Shown here piece by piece: positions 27,150 through 50,050 of a stretch of 64,000 nt of DNA; position 1 is the stretch's first letter; every line of letters begins with the position of its first letter. A model generated the notes under the pieces. The model saw only the letters and a list, made by a program, of their open reading frames with translations, did not search any database and was not told the origin of the DNA. This DNA is from Takakia lepidozioides (lineage: Eukaryota; Plantae; Bryophyta): positions 17,360,001 through 17,424,000 of the forward strand of contig CM060734.1 of NCBI GenBank assembly GCA_030704615.1, given 5' to 3'. The position numbers and the translations under genes are program-made.

Positions 27150-27659
27150 AAGCTACCTGTTGTGCTTCAAATGCCACTTGGGCCTTTTGCTTCTCAAAGT
27201 TGCAAGCTCGCTCTGATAGAAAAGACATGTCCTCAAAAAGATCCTTTGAGAAGGATTTTGGGAGTCATGCAGTTCCACGTTCTTCAGTGGTCATAGTGAA
27301 GTAGTCTTCATTACCTGTGCTATGAAGCTGGTGGCCCCGAATATCCTTGAAATGCTTACACAGGTTCTGCCACTTGTTGCTGCAACTTGTTGCATCCCTT
27401 CCAAGCACACCCTGTCTCTCCAATGACAACACAATCCTCTCCCACTTGACTTTATCGCAATTCATGTTGCGCGTGCATTAGAACCCTTCCACTCCTCCCA
27501 TTCCTGCCGCTTAGTGGTAGCCAGGATGCGCACTTCTATCTCACTCCAATTTCTATCTCTAGCTCTTTTTCTAGGAGTCTTGGAGCTTTGCAATTCAACC
27601 TCACCAGCCCTAAAGCCATCACCACTGCCTGTGGTGCTTGTGGTGTCTGTGGAAGACAT
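27150..27659 (-). pseudogene. Myb/SANT-like (trihelix-type) DNA-binding protein, probable Harbinger ORF2; frameshifted
   Basis: RDRNWSEIEVRILATTK, then after a frameshift KWERIVLSL...RDATSCSNKWQNLCKHFKDIR...YFTMTTEER. Confidence 0.8.
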
Positions 27660-27719
27660 GCTACACTCTCTCCTACACTCTCCCTTGCAATCTCTGGATA
27701 AAAAAAATGAGACACACAC

Positions 27720-27870
27720 TGCCTGCAAGAGCCTCTCCCTCTGCACTCTATGCCATCGCGAGCCCCTGCCCTGCAAGAACCTCTCCACTCTCCACTCTCC
27801 CCTCTGCACTCTATGCCATCGCGAGCGCCTGCCCTGCAAGAACCTCTCTACTCTCCCCGCCATCGCGAGC
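27720..27870. repeat. Short tandem repeat upstream of the Myb gene
   Basis: About 2.5 copies of CTCTGCACTCTATGCCATCGCGAGC(C/G)CCTGCCCTGCAAGAACCTCTC. Confidence 0.8.
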
Positions 27871-28299
27871 GTCTGGCACCTACAAAACCTCTCCGCGCCC
27901 GATTTTTAATTGTTGACCGAGATTTAACACTTCCATGGAGGAGGTGTTAAATCTCGCCCTCTCCCCGTTACAGCGTTTAACAGCTGTTAATCGGCCGATT
28001 ATTTAACCGGCTTTTTAATCGGTGTGTGCGACCGTCTCCCTACAGCTAACGTCAATTACCTAACTTGATTGACGTACTAATTGGCAGGTGCGGTCGGGGC
28101 CTTACATTGGTATCATGTTTGGTATATGTACATAGCCATATATTGGCACCAAGCTTTTACAAGCGCTTCGTGACTTCCTCTCTCTCTCTCTCCCTCTCTC
28201 ACTCTCCCTTAGGCTTATCTTGGGCTCAAGCCTTACCTCGGGCAAAGGATTGACAGACGGACAGCAAGAATAGACGGGCAACATGTATTTTTAGCTTAT

Positions 28300-28500
28300 A
28301 CGTGTGTATATATATATGTATAATTTAAATATATACATATATATATTATATACAGAAATAAGTTAAAAAATTATAGATTACAATTCAATTGAATTGTAGT
28401 CAGCAATTCAATTGAATTGCAAATTAGGGTTAGTTCAATTGAATTGCCCTTGCAATTCAATTGAATTGCGCACTTTTAGGGGGTGATCAAGTGAATTGCG
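28300..28500. repeat. TA-rich tract plus 4 copies of palindrome CAATTCAATTGAATTG
   Basis: Copies visible at ~28381, 28404, 28434 (partial) and 28453. Confidence 0.8.
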
Positions 28501-29120
28501 ATGCATTTCACATCAAGGCCTTTTTGGAATTCCCAGACAGGGTTGATGGGGCGATAGGTGAGGGTGACTTTATCTGCTTCAGCAGTACAGAGAAAGATCG
28601 AGCCGACAGGAAGGTCGATAGGGAACGCAGCTTGCCGCGGGGGAGTTCACGCCATAGCCAGCCGTTGGGCTTGCTCTCTCTCTCACCGTGAAACACGGAG
28701 CTCTCGCAAGGCTCCGCCATCTCCCCGCATCTGTCGCATATGGTTATATTTTAGAAAGGGGGACGTAGGCCCTTTTAATCAAATTATTAAATGAGGAAAA
28801 AATAACCTCAAAGGCCATAAGGCTACAAAGCAAGGCCACTTCAGGGCCGCCAGTGTTCACAGATCTAAACAAGCATTAATAATAATAATAATAATAATAA
28901 TTCTTTAAAAAAAAGAAAAAGTTACACATGCGTTTACTAGTGACGTCCCCAAATAGCTCTAAGGAATTTTCAAAGGAAATTTAAATATTAATTTTAAAAA
29001 AGAAAAAAGAAAAAGAAAAAAGGAGATCCCAAGTCAAGAGTTGCTAAGCTTTGCAAGGTGGAGCGTGATGACAGAAAGGAGGAGAGCGAAATTGTGAAGG
29101 GATTTGAGAGGGGATTGAGG

Positions 29121-31280
29121 ATGACGGTGGTGAGCACAGCCAGCGGCTTGCTGCCGATGCTGCAGGAGCAGCACCCAATACTCAAGCTGCATGCATTGAA
29201 CAACCGGAATGTTCTGGTAGACAGTTTTTGGCCAGAGATTTCGACTAACATATCGGCCATATAGAGAGCTTGTATGAAGATGAGCACTTTGATCAGAGGC
29301 AGTTGGCAGCATTGGTGGCATCCAAGGTTTTCTATTATCTTGGGGAATTGAATTTCTATTATCTTGTGCTTGGAGCGGGCCCCTTGTTTGATGTCTCCGA
29401 GGACTCGGAGTATGCCCAGACGCTTGTGGCGAAGTGTGTGGATGAGTATATATCTGTGGACACGAAAGCGAGTGAGAGTGCTGAGGATTCAATTCCATCG
29501 CATGCACGGTTGGTTGCGATTGTAGAGCGGATGCTTGACAGGTGCATGGTGGAGGGGAAATTCCAGCAGGCAGTTGGGATTGCTCTTGAATGCCGCAGGC
29601 TTGATAAGGTGGAAGAAGCAATCACAAGATGCGAGAATACGCCTGCGATGCTGCCTGAAAGTATCGCAGACATTCGTTAATAGAGCAAATTCCGGTATGA
29701 AGTTCTGCGATTGCTGGTTAAGAGCTATCAGAACCTGCAGCAGCCGGATTATTTGAGCATTTGCCAATGTCTCATGTTTTTGGATGATCCGGAACCACTG
29801 GCATGTGTACGGTGCCGCACACCACTTTCCTACATTGTTGTGAACCCCAAACAGCAGCCTCCATTCCTACCCTTCCAGTCAAAGCATTGTTCTTTGTTGC
29901 ATGGACCCTGGTGTCCCCCTTTGGATTTAATGCAAATTTTCTTTCTTTTGTTAGAATCCCTTTAGTGAGCTGGGCCACGCTCCTCTGAGGAGGATGGCAA
30001 CGAAAGGGCCTAATGACATATATTGAGAAGTGCGCTGCCCCCTACAATGGCCCTCATCCGTGAGCAGAAGACATGACAGGTCCTCTGGGCTTCGGTACAG
30101 CTGCTTTTGCCGCTTAGCTGCCACGCAAACACACACAACTTTGTCATGCTACTCTAGCAATCATTCAAGGCCTTCATTGTGGTACCCAAGGGCTCTGGCT
30201 GTGCAATTCAACAGAATTAGGAGACTAGCCTCACCGTAGGTAGTCCAGGGTACAACTCAAAGCTTACCCGCTCAGCATTGAACATGTCATCTACAAGATT
30301 CTCGGCAGCCTTGCGCTTGCGCTCTTCCCGTATGAACTCCGCCTCTTTTTCAAAATCAGCTTCCCTGCAATTATTCATGTGGCCTTCATACTCAGCACAA
30401 TCAAATGCCTCAAAGTGCTCAAACATTCCTCAGACATGACCATCCTAGCTTCTCCGGCACAGCTATGATGCAAACAAGAGCTTGAAGCATTAAACAGTTC
30501 CAGAACCATCAAAGGTTGGTCTGCCATATTGGCAACACTGATTCTCACCTCTAGGGCTCTTTTGCGAAAGGCATGAGACCGGTGAAGCTGTTGCCTGATG
30601 CTCCTAGCCCCTGTAAAGGACCGCTTGGTCAACAGCAGCCTATACTTTATATTGCAACCTGGATCACCCCCGGGACTTGGCCATTTCTGGGGCCCTGAAC
30701 TGGAAATTCAGTGCCATTTTTCCGGGATGGGTCCCAAAGTGGTCGTGCGTTTCTCCATTCAGCTAGACACCTGCTACCGTAATATCTCATCTCCGCTTTC
30801 ATTTAAGCACTTGCCCTGTCCATCAGAGCATATAGTCAAGCTTGCAAGAGTAGAAGTAGAGAAACAGACCTTTTTAAAGCGCTTGAAATTTGGGCCCAAT
30901 CCATCTATTTGGGGGCTTGATGCAGTTCCCTCCTTCACAGCAATCAACACACTGCTAATAAACTTCTGCAAGGGGACAGGGTTGATGCAATGGTGGCTTA
31001 CCAAGTGGCAATTGATTTGTTCGAGAATGAGTATAGGAAATTCTTGTTGAATGTGAGAGATCGGTTGCCATCAAGCTCGACCGTACCAGAGAGCGGTGTG
31101 ATGGTCCACAAGAATCGCTCCATTTCCGCCTCTGAGCACAGTGCCTCACCCATGGACACAGCCCAAGGGGTGGGGAGTCTGCCCACAGACATGCAGGACG
31201 TAAATGGAGAGGGAGGAGAGTCAGGGGAAAGCCGGTCCTGTTATACTCAACGATTTTCTAAGTTGAAAGGGATTTTGTAC
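29121..31280 (+). pseudogene. RPN2: 26S proteasome regulatory subunit RPN2 (PSMD1) N-terminal pseudogene, interrupted by a ~1.15 kb insert
   Basis: STASGLLPMLQEQHPILKLHAL, YEDEHFDQRQLAALVASKVFYYLGEL, QAVGIALECRRLD, PDYLSICQCLMFLDDPE. Resumes near 30955 with VAYQVAIDLFENE...SKLKGIL. Frameshifted and truncated. Confidence 0.9.
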
Positions 31281-31685
31281 TAGAGAACGCGCCCCCTAGG
31301 GCGCATTATGGCTCCTGGGTTGGTAACCCGGCTGGTATTACAATTGAAATACCAAGGTTGATAACCATTTGCAAATCCAAGAGCAAACAGCTGGCCAATG
31401 GTGAACCCAATGGTCAAGAGCTCAATGCCAAGAGGTTTCCAATTATAAGGACCAAGGGTTGCAACACCTTCACAGATATACTTTTCAATGGTTCTGGACT
31501 GCCAGACCTTGCTCAGCTCAAGGTCAACAGACACTACAACTGGCAGACCCCAAAGAATGTAGAGGCTTCTCCGCCAGGAGGAGGATGTTCATTTAGTAGC
31601 AGACCTTATACCAGTACACCATAGAACAAAACTAAGATGTGGGGAGACAATTCCATTGCAAAAATATGCTCACCAAACGAAACCT

Positions 31686-32839
31686 AGGCAGAAAAGGAGG
31701 AACAGATAGCCAAGGAGCAAAGAGAGAAACAGGAAGCGGAGAGGCAAGCGAGGGAGAAGGCAGCCTGCACCCTGCGGGGAGAAGGAGAAGCAGCTGACAG
31801 CGTAGACTCACCGTCTGGCGACTTTCCAGATGCTGGGTTGGAAGAGGTTGGGACTGTAGAGGCAGGTGATTTGGCAGAGGTGGCTGAAGACGGGGATGTT
31901 GCGGACAGCCTTGATGTTACGGAGTCACATAATGCTGTTGAGATGCATGAAACGTTCAAAGACTTCTCTACCCCCGGACTAGAGACTCTACAGGAGGTTG
32001 AGCTTGCTGCTGAAATGAAAGACATAGCAGCAGATCCTGAATTGGATCAGTTGTCCAGGGAAGAACTGGGGCGGGTGGTGGCCTCGCGCTGGACTGGAGA
32101 AAATACACCAAGGAGAGCTACCACAGAGAGCTACCATGAGCAGGAGCACGAAAGTGATGATTCAGAGTACACTGCAGAGGATGACTATGATCATGCAGAA
32201 GATGAGGATGATGATGCTACCTCCAGTGATGAGAATGATGTACAAGAATCTGTACTTCCATCTGAGCCAGTGAAGGGTGCCTGGTGGATGAGCTTCTTGC
32301 CAGTACCTGAGGTATTGCTGAATCTCTTGAGGAGAAGACCAGTGGACAAGTCAGAGGCAGACCGCATCAGAAAGCAGCATCTGGAGGCCACCAACAAACT
32401 AAGCAATGTGCAAAAGCAGATTTCTGAGTTGGAGACAAAATGGAAGCAAGACTTTGGGAATGAAGGTGAGTTCTATGCCTTTTATGATCAATGCATCGAG
32501 TTGAAAGATAAGAAGTATGTGTACAAGATTTGTCCATATGAGGATGCAACACAAGTAGAAGGCCACACAAATACACGTCTTGGCCATTGGGATGGCTTCA
32601 AGGACAACTACACTTCCATGCTGTTTTCTCGAGGCGACCGATGTTGGAATGGACCCGACCGCAGTTTACAAGTGAAGTTGAGGTGTGGACTAAAGACTCA
32701 GATACGCAATGTGGATGAGCCTCACCGATGCAGTTACGTGGCCGAGCTCACATCTCCTACACTTTGCTTGGAAGAAAGAGTGAAAGCTTTGCGACAGCAA
32801 CTGGACACCCAAGTAGCCAGGCCACATGATGAACTTTAA
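31686..32839 (+). pseudogene. Glucosidase II beta subunit (PRKCSH/PSL4-like), C-terminal half, inverted
   Basis: LSREELGRVVASRWTGE, MRH domain YVYKICPY..GDRCWNGPDRSLQVKLRCG and terminal HDEL. No introns. Confidence 0.9.
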
Positions 32840-33736
32840 TCAGCCCTAGTCTGGGAAGGTGGGCAACTATCATTCATCTCTTCCATCTGCTGAGATTTTC
32901 AGTGCTTGCTGAACAGTCACTCAACAGAGCGACTGCAAAGGAGTGCATGTGGTAAAGAGGTACTTCTTCTAGCTTCCTTGGGAGGATTGAGACTCAATTA
33001 TGCACGGCTGTAGGCTACCATCTCTCGGTCTCTTGCTCTTTTTCCATGAGTTGTTTAAAATGCCGTCTATATTGGAAATTACAAATGTGGGGATGTAGGC
33101 TTTAGTGAGACAGCTTCCACTTCAGTAATTTGAGGCTACAGACCTACCACAAATCGTCTATGGAAGTGATCCTTACAGGTTCATGCATACCTAGTACACA
33201 TACTACCAGACCAAAAATGAGACAATTCATTGCTGAATTTTGAAGATATAATATAGTTCCAGCCAGTGCTCTGAACACCTGTTCACTATCAAATAATAAT
33301 TCACAAAGATGCTCACCGATGCTCATCACTGAGCTCCACTGTTTCATCAAGAAAGGAACTTTGTCTGTCAAGTATCGTCAACCGCTTTACTTATACCCTT
33401 GGTAGATTATCATTGTACACAGGCCAATGGCCATTAAATCTACTGTAGCAGCCAATATATTAGTAGTCATTCGTGTATAGATCAGCTCAGAAAGATTATT
33501 CAGGGGCAAGAAACCCTTTGTTGGAGGACATACCTGGTTGGAGAAGGCTTGAAGGGACGTGGATGGCCGTTGCTGCACATTTGAAAGGCCAAGAGCCCCT
33601 CTGAATTTATCGTTCACCCTGGTGCCCTTTGCAACATCCCTCTACACAGCTTACAACCTTCAGTTAATCAGAGGCTCGCAAGTCAAGCCCCTCCAAACTG
33701 ACCACCTCAAAATGTTACGTCTCTGTGTCCTGGACT

Positions 33737-34332
33737 ATGGCCTCCTTTTCCACATGTAACTTCTGGACTACATCTATCAAACTCTTTTCCTCCTTTCGCA
33801 ACGTCGCGAGTTGGCTTTCCTGCTGCTCACGGATACCCTTGACATTCTCAACGTCGCTCTTGCGTATCCTCAACCCCTCCTTGAATGTGGCTAACTTTTT
33901 TATCAACTTCTCTCTTAACGCTTAGCCTGCCTCCCAGCAGGTGTTGGGACACTTGATTCGACCTTCGTACTCTTCGCTACCATCACAACAGTCACAAATG
34001 CCATCATTCACCCGAGATGAAAATATCAACTCTGACGTATGTCCTGTATTCCTGCAGTAAAACTTACCCTCAGGGCAGGCTGAGGTACCAGGATCGTCTG
34101 TTCCATCTGCGCAATCACAAAAGTCGTCATTGAGGCGATCTCGAGGGAAGCTCTTGGACCCATCTTTGCACCCTATGGTCGTCCCCTCATAATGCCTCAA
34201 ATCCTGAGGCCCAATCCCTGTGGTTTTGATACCCACCGCCGATGCCTGCCCCAACACCACCACCAGCATGTGAAGCACCAACACTGCTCGTGTCACGTTC
34301 TTCATCCTCCACCAGTGCTTCCATGCTTTCAT
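33737..34332 (-). pseudogene. Glucosidase II beta subunit, N-terminal half (premature stop)
   Basis: Signal-peptide-like stretch, then [62 protein letters not shown], then a coiled coil ending KEAI. Confidence 0.9.
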
Positions 34333-35442
34333 TCTGATCAAACCCAATCCACAAAACCACCCACATACAATCTTCACAGCTATGGAAAAACCCACCGGTG
34401 GGATCGATCCCCTCTCTCTGTCTGTCTCAAAGCTCCCAACTGATTTAGGCTCCACCTCATGGCCCTACAGAGCTTCCTGCCATTACTCCAAATCAGAAGA
34501 CTATGTACCCCAACTCAGGACACTTTAGTTGTCAAACAGAGCAAATGAGTAACCTACTCGCCAAGTGCAGCTCATAATAATGATGTATTACATTTTCTTC
34601 CCAGACCAGCCTGCTGTTACGGACAACGAAGGCTACGGCTCCTCGTCGCGTTAACTAAGGGAATCAGTTAAAACGTGTCGTCACTTAAAAGACTTTTGTG
34701 TTTGGTTTTAGGGCTGGCAATATATCATCCATGAAGGGGAAGGCGAAAGGCAAACAGTTGGGAAGCCACAGAGAGAGACGGAAGAGCAAATCAGCTACGA
34801 AGATCCGTGTGTGGACGGTGGCCCTTGCGTGTGTGGTCGGTCGTGGCCTTTGCTGCGTCTGTGTGGCACCCCCCATCTCCATTCCCTTTTTTTCTCTATC
34901 GTTGAAAAGCGTCTCTTTTCTGACATATTTTGGCAGCCTTCTTAGTGATCACGAATGCCTGCTGCTGTTACCGTCCCTAGATTTTGCTGCTCGAGTAGCG
35001 TCCAGCTCCTGGTGGCTGCCTATTCAAAGGTTGGTAAGTTCTCTCTTTTCCTTATTTCTCCCGCATCCTTTCTCTTAACCCCGGCTGCGTTCTTCGGGAC
35101 ACGCCTTGTTTATTGTCCAATCGAAGTATGGTAAGTGTGTCCGGTAATTTTATATCGGAGCTTTGGGCATAATGTCATCTGACAAAGTGGCCGTCATGCA
35201 TATATCTGCATGTTTAATGGAGTAGACGCTCTACAGCGTAGCAGAGGCACAAATGGAGTTAGGTTTCTTGGTGTACGTGTCTTGCAACTAAAAGCTGCTT
35301 GTAGGTTTCATAAGTCTCGGCAGAATATTCTTAAAGGGATTGCTATGAATGTTAGCGAGTATGGACAGGCTCCGCTTGATGGTTACCCCTTTGGCTCAAC
35401 AGGGGGTACTTATTTTGATAGTTCGTCAGAAGCTTTTTCACG

Positions 35443-45026
<9,584 letters not shown>

Positions 45027-45780
45027 ATACTAATTTTGACAGAGGACATTCATCAATGGCTGTGGAGTTGGTTCATAATACATCAAGTTTGAGGGGCCTT
45101 GGTTTGGAATATCTGGAAATAGCTCCAGTTCACTTTCACAAATTTCTATATATGTTTAATTAAGAGGTTAAAAAGGATGGGCCAGAAGCTGTTTCCTGGC
45201 GGGATTCTTTGTCACTGGGGACTTTGCTGGAATGGATTATGGAGCTGGAGACTATCGTTCTTTCTACAAATGGAGCACTGCTTGATGAGTCAACACTGGA
45301 AAGTTGGGAGCCTTTGAATGCAAAAAAGCTGTGCCTGGTGCTGATTTGCAGAGTATGTGTTCACTACACAGCTAGCTGTCTTGCATAGAGCCATTTTGTG
45401 TTGAGCAAACCGTGATGCAATGAAGGTTTTCAGGGGGATCCATGATCCGTATGTATTCTATTCTTCACTGCAAATAGTGCAGTTGTCAACATGTTTTGTC
45501 ATCTACTGTACTTCTCATGACTGCTTAAACTGCTGCCATCTTGATGCTGCCCACATGTTGCACTAGTCAGAATGAATGTCTTGTTACTGTGTCTTCATTG
45601 TGTAACTCCAGGTCAATCTGATTCTATTGAAAGGATTTTCAATATTGCATCGGACAAGTGTATGAACAGCAGATGGTGGTGATCTGTATCATGATGATGA
45701 AAACTGATGCCTACAAATCCAAGGACTCTTATGGTTCTTTAGGTCTCTCCCTGGTTTTGGAGAGGACACCTTGGGAAATA

Positions 45781-46800
45781 TGTTGAAGGGAATGAGTGAT
45801 GCAAAAATAAATAAATAAATAAGGGTCCCAAGGTCCCAAATTTTGGGAGAGGCTATTCCTGAAGGTCGAAAAAAGGGAGAAGATTGGAGCAGCCAATGGG
45901 GAGGGAGGGCACCTGTGTTGGATTGGGTGAAATGTGATGCAACATGTAGAGGCTAGCAGTAGGAGGGTGGACCCTCCTTCTAGTTCTAGAGCTTTCCAGA
46001 AGTAGGATGAGGCGGTGGGCCCCGGCTACAAGTCTCCCCCACCATCTTGAGAGAGTATATAAAGAGGGTAATAGGGCCCAGCCCCCAGGGGGGCGGGAGC
46101 CGCAAGGCGAAGTGGCTGTTAGTTATGCGTGTGGTTAAGCAGGGCCCCTTAAAAAAGGTAAAGTTGGAACCTAAACCATCTTCAAATGAATAGAATAGAA
46201 AGTAAAAAGGATGACGCCTCTCGAAGGGAGCGTAATATATGGTGTCTCTTCACCACAAGGGCTAGTACCTTCCAGCTGAAGAGTGGACACCTTCATGACA
46301 CACCAGACCGTGGTTTTGAACCCACAACCACATCCAACGTGGTAAATGCCCATTACCACTGGGCTACATGCTGGTTGTCTGAATAGAATAATGACATGGA
46401 CAAACAAGTAATGTATACCATGTATGACACATCATTGATTCAAGTTGTAAGCAAGATATGCATCATCTGACCTTAACTCATGAGCACACTAATACTCGTC
46501 TTGAGCTACAATCTAGGCCCCAACTTCAAACTTCACAGACCCTCTATATACATTTAGAACACCTCCAAACCCTCCTCTGCCATCTCTCCTAGAGGTCTTA
46601 AAAACTACCCTAAACCCTCGCATAAATGCTTTAGATCTCTTACCACAGTTCCATTCAGAGCCCACACGAATCTCCGCCTTCCACAGCATATCCATCAAAT
46701 ACGTCAGATATCTCCCACTCCCATTCTCTACCTCATCTAGATGAACAATCTCCAACACCACCTTTGTTATTGGTGGGTATGTGTCTATAGTAGTCAATAA
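45781..46800 (-). mobile_element. Possible LTR retrotransposon remnant (LTR-like sequence plus chromodomain-like peptide)
   Basis: TGTTG start at 45781 and a TATA-like motif near 46056. Minus-strand peptide 46513-46797 weakly resembles a chromodomain (SGRYLTYL..W....SEW). Confidence 0.35.
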
Positions 46801-48539
46801 CTAGTTGGGCGTTATGTTCTAGGTTGCAAACTTCGTGTCATCCAACAGATTTTGCCATATTGAGGGGGCTTTGTTTGAGTAGTCTTTCCATTTATAGTGG
46901 TATGAAACGATGGTGCATGGGGCCGTATCCCATCGACATGTGTATTTCATACGATGTCTTGGTTATTCTCCAACTCCTAGACTCCTGTTACATGGGTTTC
47001 TCTGGAGGAGGTGGAGTTGTAGATGTCCGGAGAGCAGAAAAAAAGATATTCCAAATATTCTGTAAGGGTAAAACTGGTGACGGGGAACGCTCTTATATTT
47101 TGCAAATAGTTGATGATACGTAGAAAGTTGGGAAGAAGGAAGGAAGCAAACGGATGAATGACCGATCAGTGATAAGAGCATGGTAAAGGTGGACATGGAT
47201 GAAAGAGCACGAGCACGAACAAATAGTGAGAAGGATGAATATCGCGACAGAAGGGATGGACAGAATATGAACAGTCAGCGCTGGAAGGGTTCCTTTATCA
47301 GGGCCGAACTCTGTTTTGTTGCCAAAGTGCCATGGATGGACGACGGAAGAGCAGGATGGATGACGATGGGATGGCAGCGTGCAGACCATGGATTTGGGGT
47401 TGATCAACGGCTGATAAACCGCCGCCTTAGGACACTAAGGCACATGACTAAGCAGACGCTTTGTAATTACGTTTTTGGCCTTTGAAATCTTATCAAGACT
47501 TGATTCGGGCCACATGTCCATATATTAAATACTTAGACAGCAGGCACATCCAAGGAAGGTTTAGGTGTTTAGTGATATAATAATGTTGGAGCGGTGATTA
47601 GAAAAGATCGGCTCCAGAAGATGAGCTAATCTACCAGCTTTTGAGGGTACAAGGCTGGGTAGCAGAAACAAGAGCCAAATAGTTCTTAGATTACGAAAAA
47701 GATAGGGATGAGAGAGACGACATCAGGGAAACGAGGATTAGGAGAAAGCGCCAGTGTCAACTGGATTATCTTGAGTGGACCTAGAGAAGAGATTAGTACA
47801 ATAATGTAGAAGAGGCAGCAGTACAGTAGCATGAGTAAGATTGATGCTTGGCGGCCCATCAAGTGCGCCATGTGATATACAGGAAGTCGGCAGTATTAGA
47901 AACCAGATATGTACCATTGAAGGATCCGATCATGAAAGGAGATTGGGAGACATTCGAACTGATCACTATCGTAGGCCATCGTGCAATTTGTCCTCAAGTA
48001 TCCCAATTTGTTGCATTCTGCTATGATCTCTTGAGATTCAGGTGTTGAATGCCGCAGCGAACGTTTATACAGCTGTACAGCCACCCAACCCGGGTTCGAA
48101 CAATGGTGTGGTTGACATACCTCGGTCCTCCACAAGCACCTCGGCGCCGTAGAGACGACCCTATACCGAGGATTACAATGCCTATCAATTTGTTCGATGA
48201 GGTCTGTATAGCGAGCAAAGAAACCTGGAAACAACAGCTTGTTCAACGGCTAAGATGTAACATGGAAAAGTCATGACTCTACCTGTCCAGCTGTATTCTT
48301 GTTATGTCATTGATCACTTGACCATGAGGTATCAGCCCACCTTACCTCCATGTCGGTAATATGGAGCACTAAATCCCTAATATGGTATGATTTTATCTAT
48401 TAGGAAATTTGCTTCTGTAACCAGAAAATTGGCTAACTGGGTGAAATTATGTGCAGTATTGTGCTGCCATTGGCTGAAGTACACTGATAATTCCTATACT
48501 CATGCATGTCCTGACTTGTGAAGGCGATGTTGGCATGTT

Positions 48540-50050
48540 ACAAGCTGTTTGCTGCCCTTGGTTGAGGAACACTCATAATCCCTATACCATTGTTCATTCT
48601 TGGTATGGGAGGAGAGATTGGAGGCATTTTATCCTTATGGTATTTCAAGACCAAGGATAAAAATACAATGTAGAGGAAGAGGTTTACGTGAAGGGGTCTG
48701 GTATGCGCTCCCTTACGGGCTGAGTGCATACCACACTCACTCCGTAAAGGACTACCATACCAGGGGTTGGATGGCGGGAGCCCTCTCTCTCCCTCTCTCT
48801 CCCTCTCACCAGATACATGTTTGGGATTTTAACATTTTTTCCAGTACTATACCTAGTGTGGAATTTTTATAATCCCTAATGGATCTAGTAGGGTTTCATC
48901 CATAATGGATGGAAACCTTAAGAATTTTTTTTGGATGGATGACTAATGGACAGCCGAGTATTTTTCGTATAACTACGTAAAACCTGATGACTGGCTCAAT
49001 TATTCATCCATGACGGATGTCATCCATACCGGATGATATTTTGGAAACCGACGGAAGTCATCCTTTATGGATGAAAAACTACAAAATGACCTATCAGCTG
49101 AGCCGATTTTCCATCCAGACCGGATGAAAAATCGCGGGGAAACGATTTTGGTTCACCTCTCTAAACCTAAACAGCCCGACACCTGGGTTTGTGATTTTCC
49201 TGGAGCTGCGCAATGGCGGCTTGAATCGCTGCACAATCCCGCGTTGTTGATCTCCTTGGGAGGCGTAGGTGCAGCTGAATGAGGAGTTCCCTTGTTGGTG
49301 TCTTCACTCCACATGCTGGCAGCCGAGCCGCTGCTATGCTTTCCGGAGATATCTTTCATTGTGCACTTATGCTGCAGCGGCGCCATAACTGATCTGTGGA
49401 GGCTTGTTTTCTCTCCCCTACAACAAAGCTACTGTGTTTTGCTTTGTTATATGCCAGATCTTGGATGTTATACTGCAAAAATCCACTAGTTCCACTAACT
49501 TTGAAAGTTTTTGGCTGTTTATGTTTATGCTTGTCCAATTGCTCTCTTTTGCTTTGTAGCTCACCTCTGACATGGATAGCAACTGTGAAGTCTTGCGACT
49601 CACCTCGCGCATCCTCACCAACGCACAAAACATGTTTTGTGTTTATTTTTGGGACGGGCGCAGGTGAGGGACTTCACTTGATGTGACTTACAGAGCTTGC
49701 AGGTGATCTGGACTGAGCAGAATGGATGAGTGGGCTGCGATCTACTGTCGCTGCACACCGCCGCTTCAGAAATAGCTTCAATGGGGGATACGCTTTAAAC
49801 TTTGACCTCATCTTTTGGTTATGGTTTCGCTTATGAAGAAGGTCTTATGCAATGATTCCTAGATTACAAACATTCTAGTGAATGCCCCGTGGTTTCAGTG
49901 ATAAAGATATCTGGTTACAAGATTGATCATGGTAGAATTTTTTGACAAAGCCCGGTACACCATTTTCAGGCCTTTATGAAAAGTGTTGTGGCTTTATGGA
50001 GGAACAAGCAGCAAACTGGTTTGCCTTGTTAACAACAGAGATACATGTAC
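48540..50050 (+). repeat. Diverged member of the U repeat family
   Basis: Shares with the 6.6-21 kb array the hairpin GAAGGGGTCTGGTATGC.CTCCCTTACGGG.TGAGTGCATACCACACTCACTCCGTAA (~48690), a CT tract, TGCAGCGGCGC (~49373) and TTTTGGGACGGGC.CAGGTGAGGG (~49647). Confidence 0.8.
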
